IMG/VR virus record: IMGVR_UViG_3300028797_000098
Location: 102,321 to 166,320 of that record
Direction: 5' to 3' (one strand)
DNA: 64,000 nt
Origin: a virus
Taxonomy: Duplodnaviria; Heunggongvirae; Uroviricota; Caudoviricetes
The position numbers and the translations under genes were made by a program. The notes beneath the pieces were generated by a model. It ran no database searches, was not told the DNA's origin, and saw only the letters and a list, made by a program, of their open reading frames with translations. Of this stretch, positions 62,124 to 64,000 are shown one piece after another. Each line of letters begins with the position of its first letter. Position 1 is the first letter of the stretch.

Positions 62124-62349
62124 CGGTAGGTATCCTGTACTTCGTGTAGATGGACGTTTCAGGCATTTCGTAAGCAAGCACGAAATCCATTGCATCCTTG
62201 CAATCCTTATATACGGAAAGGAACGCCATGCTTGACACGGAACTTGGTTCGGCGCGAAGGCCATCCCAAATACGGGAGTAGATACCCCCGAACTGTTCAG
62301 AAGCGTCCTTAACCACTTTCAAAAGTCTTTCTAATTGTTCCTTTTCCAT
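62107..62349 (-). CDS. hypothetical protein
   Basis: GAGGTG upstream, after promoter. Confidence 0.7.
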   Translation of the reverse strand: MEKEQLERLLKVVKDASEQFGGIYSRIWDGLRAEPSSVSSMAFLSVYKDCKDAMDFVLAYEMPETSIYTKYRIPTDARNH

Positions 62350-62372
62350 AATACACCTCACTTGTTTTTCAT

Positions 62373-62401
62373 AATGTAGCAAACGGCGGTGCGCATGGCA
62401 A
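62373..62401 (-). promoter_or_regulatory. sigma70-like promoter TTGCCA-N17-TACATT
   Basis: Exact consensus. Confidence 0.85.
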
Positions 62402-62429
62402 CCAACGCCGTCAATATGTATTGTATTGG

Positions 62430-63059
62430 CTATTTTCCCATTCGTTTCCCGTACACGCTTCCGGGGCGTTCCCATTGGTCCCATCCGTATCCGGGTCGCC
62501 GCAATACCCAGTCGTATGTATCGCGATAGCGTATTTGGTTCTCGTACCTCTTGTCGAACCTGTCAAGCGTTTCCCTCGTATTGGACATAATCTGCTTGAT
62601 TGGTTCCCCGTCCTTGTAATATATGGCCTGGTTTTCCACGGGCTTGAACCAGTATTCCCCGATTATCTCGAAGCCACCGTTTACAGCCGCGAGTATGTCG
62701 GGACAGTTGTCGCGATATACGTCATTGGACAGGTAGTTGCCGCCCATGTCCGGGTATGACCAGTCATAGGCGCAGTACAGCCCAATAATCTTCCCGTCTT
62801 CCTCCATCGCCTGCGCCTTTGCAAGATGCAGGATAAGGATATCGTCACATCGACCGTAGTCGTTCAGCGGGAAGCTGATCTGTCCTGCGTAATGGCAGAC
62901 AACCTTACCGCCGATGTTGACCATTGTCCCCGGATGGTTCCATGCGGTCGAGTGCATCGCGTTTGTGCGTGCGAGTCTCCAGACGCCGGATGGCTTGTTT
63001 GCGAACAGCGTGGTCGCAGTGAACAGCAGGATTGCAAAAATCAAAAATTTCTTCATCAT
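62430..63059 (-). CDS. hypothetical secreted protein
   Basis: Signal peptide MKKFLIFAILLFTATTLFA. Confidence 0.75.
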   Translation of the reverse strand: MMKKFLIFAILLFTATTLFANKPSGVWRLARTNAMHSTAWNHPGTMVNIGGKVVCHYAGQISFPLNDYGRCDDILILHLAKAQAMEEDGKIIGLYCAYDWSYPDMGGNYLSNDVYRDNCPDILAAVNGGFEIIGEYWFKPVENQAIYYKDGEPIKQIMSNTRETLDRFDKRYENQIRYRDTYDWVLRRPGYGWDQWERPGSVYGKRMGK

Positions 63060-63442
63060 CCCTCCTTGATTTCTTCCAAGAGAGCCTTGGGTTCCTTGTT
63101 GAGCCAGTGGCAGATTGACTTGAAGTGCGGGCTGTCGGTCGCTTCAAGCACGCTCTTGTCCGGCATGGAGCGGAGCGTGTCCATCATGAACTTCGCGACT
63201 TCATCGTCATGGAAGAACGTGAGTGTCGGAAGCTCGTAAATCTTATAGGGACCCATCGGACTCTTGCTGATGCGGTAGACATCCGGCATACCGTCCTTGA
63301 CGAAGGTAACCCAGATGCCTTCTTCTCCCTCTTTCGGGTAAATAACCCTGTCGAGAGTCCCACCGCATTCCTTGATACGGGATACGGCGTATTCAACGAC
63401 ATTTTCCGGTCGGAAAAACTTGGAAAGTACGTATCTCACCAT
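63056..63442 (-). CDS. hypothetical protein
   Basis: GAGG upstream. Confidence 0.7.
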   Translation of the reverse strand: MVRYVLSKFFRPENVVEYAVSRIKECGGTLDRVIYPKEGEEGIWVTFVKDGMPDVYRISKSPMGPYKIYELPTLTFFHDDEVAKFMMDTLRSMPDKSVLEATDSPHFKSICHWLNKEPKALLEEIKEG

Positions 63443-63467
63443 ATTGATATCCTCTTAAAATTAAAAA

Positions 63468-63710
63468 TTATTTATTGCCTTCATTCAATAGGCGGTTGAA
63501 CTCGGAAATAAAATTCTTGCAATCAGGAATAAATTTCCGCATGGCCTTGAGCCATACAAGAAATCCGATGATGTCGCTGGTGATTGCAATTAATTGGACC
63601 GCATCGTTCTTGGTACACGGGTGCTCGAACCAATATGCGAGCGCCGGGAACCAAGAAACGAGTACGGATGCAATCAGGAGAAGCAACAAGTCATAAAGAA
63701 TGGCTTTCAT
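63468..63710 (-). CDS. small membrane protein
   Basis: Two TM segments. Confidence 0.65.
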   Translation of the reverse strand: MKAILYDLLLLLIASVLVSWFPALAYWFEHPCTKNDAVQLIAITSDIIGFLVWLKAMRKFIPDCKNFISEFNRLLNEGNK

Positions 63711-63724
63711 ACCTGGTCACCTCC

Positions 63725-64000
63725 CTAGAACTGTCTATCATCGAGACCGTCTGCATAGAAATCGACCGTTTCGCGCTGTTCATCGTCCGGGAGCTTGGCC
63801 ATTTCAAGAATCTTGGTCTTGAGAAGCTGACGGGCAAATTCGACATTCTTGGCCTCGAAGTAGATGTTGGCAGCGCACTTCGGGTGGTCGCCGACACCGG
63901 GGCACCAGGAAATGTACGGACGACCGTATCCAAGGTCATCATTGAAGCAGAACTCGAAGTGGAGCTTCAAGACGGTATCAGGTTCAACTTCGCCCCTGAA
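63725..64000 (-). CDS. hypothetical protein (5'-truncated by window edge)
   Basis: Frame open to the window end. Confidence 0.6.
   Translation of the reverse strand, partial: FRGEVEPDTVLKLHFEFCFNDDLGYGRPYISWCPGVGDHPKCAANIYFEAKNVEFARQLLKTKILEMAKLPDDEQRETVDFYADGLDDRQF

Noticed and set aside
1-64000. CRISPR array
   Set aside because: No regularly spaced 25-45-bp direct repeats seen; the recurrent motifs are promoters
1-64000. Stop-codon reassignment
   Set aside because: Genes are intact and tightly packed under code 11; TAA, TAG and TGA all terminate genes; no suppressor tRNA found
1-64000. Host assignment (e.g. Fibrobacter or another rumen anaerobe)
   Set aside because: Only an impression from promoter style and composition; needs CRISPR-spacer or gene-phylogeny evidence

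Overview
This looks like a 64-kb segment of a large (jumbo-type) bacteriophage genome using standard code 11. The host cannot be assigned from sequence alone. It holds about 120 mostly small, tightly packed ORFs and no recognisable capsid, tail or terminase genes. Recognisable proteins: two TnpB-family proteins (one truncated at the window start; one in a complete tnpB-only IS200/IS605 element at 53725-55176 that splits a small gene), an N6-adenine DNA methyltransferase, an Amidase_2 endolysin, CoaD, HU, a vWA/DUF2201 protein plus a MoxR-like AAA ATPase, an M14/AstE-like hydrolase, a ClpP-like protease, HAD, histidine and DHH phosphatases, a sigma-70-family factor and an FtsK-like ATPase. A strongly conserved promoter, TTGCC(A/G)-N17-TA(C/T)ATT with a TG extension, recurs about 20 times. 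Ten genes start exactly 6 nt after its -10 box, which suggests leaderless transcripts. The most striking region is an almost protein-free RNA island of about 4 kb (32870-36720). It carries six tRNAs and a tmRNA (tag ANNAYACRMAA), interleaved with many hairpin-dense segments I cannot assign to a known family: ~950-nt and ~410-nt candidate large ncRNAs, several 70-200-nt closed RNAs, and two tRNA-shaped RNAs, one with a GCAA tetraloop in place of the anticodon loop. All RNA folds were worked out by eye and need covariance and expression support.
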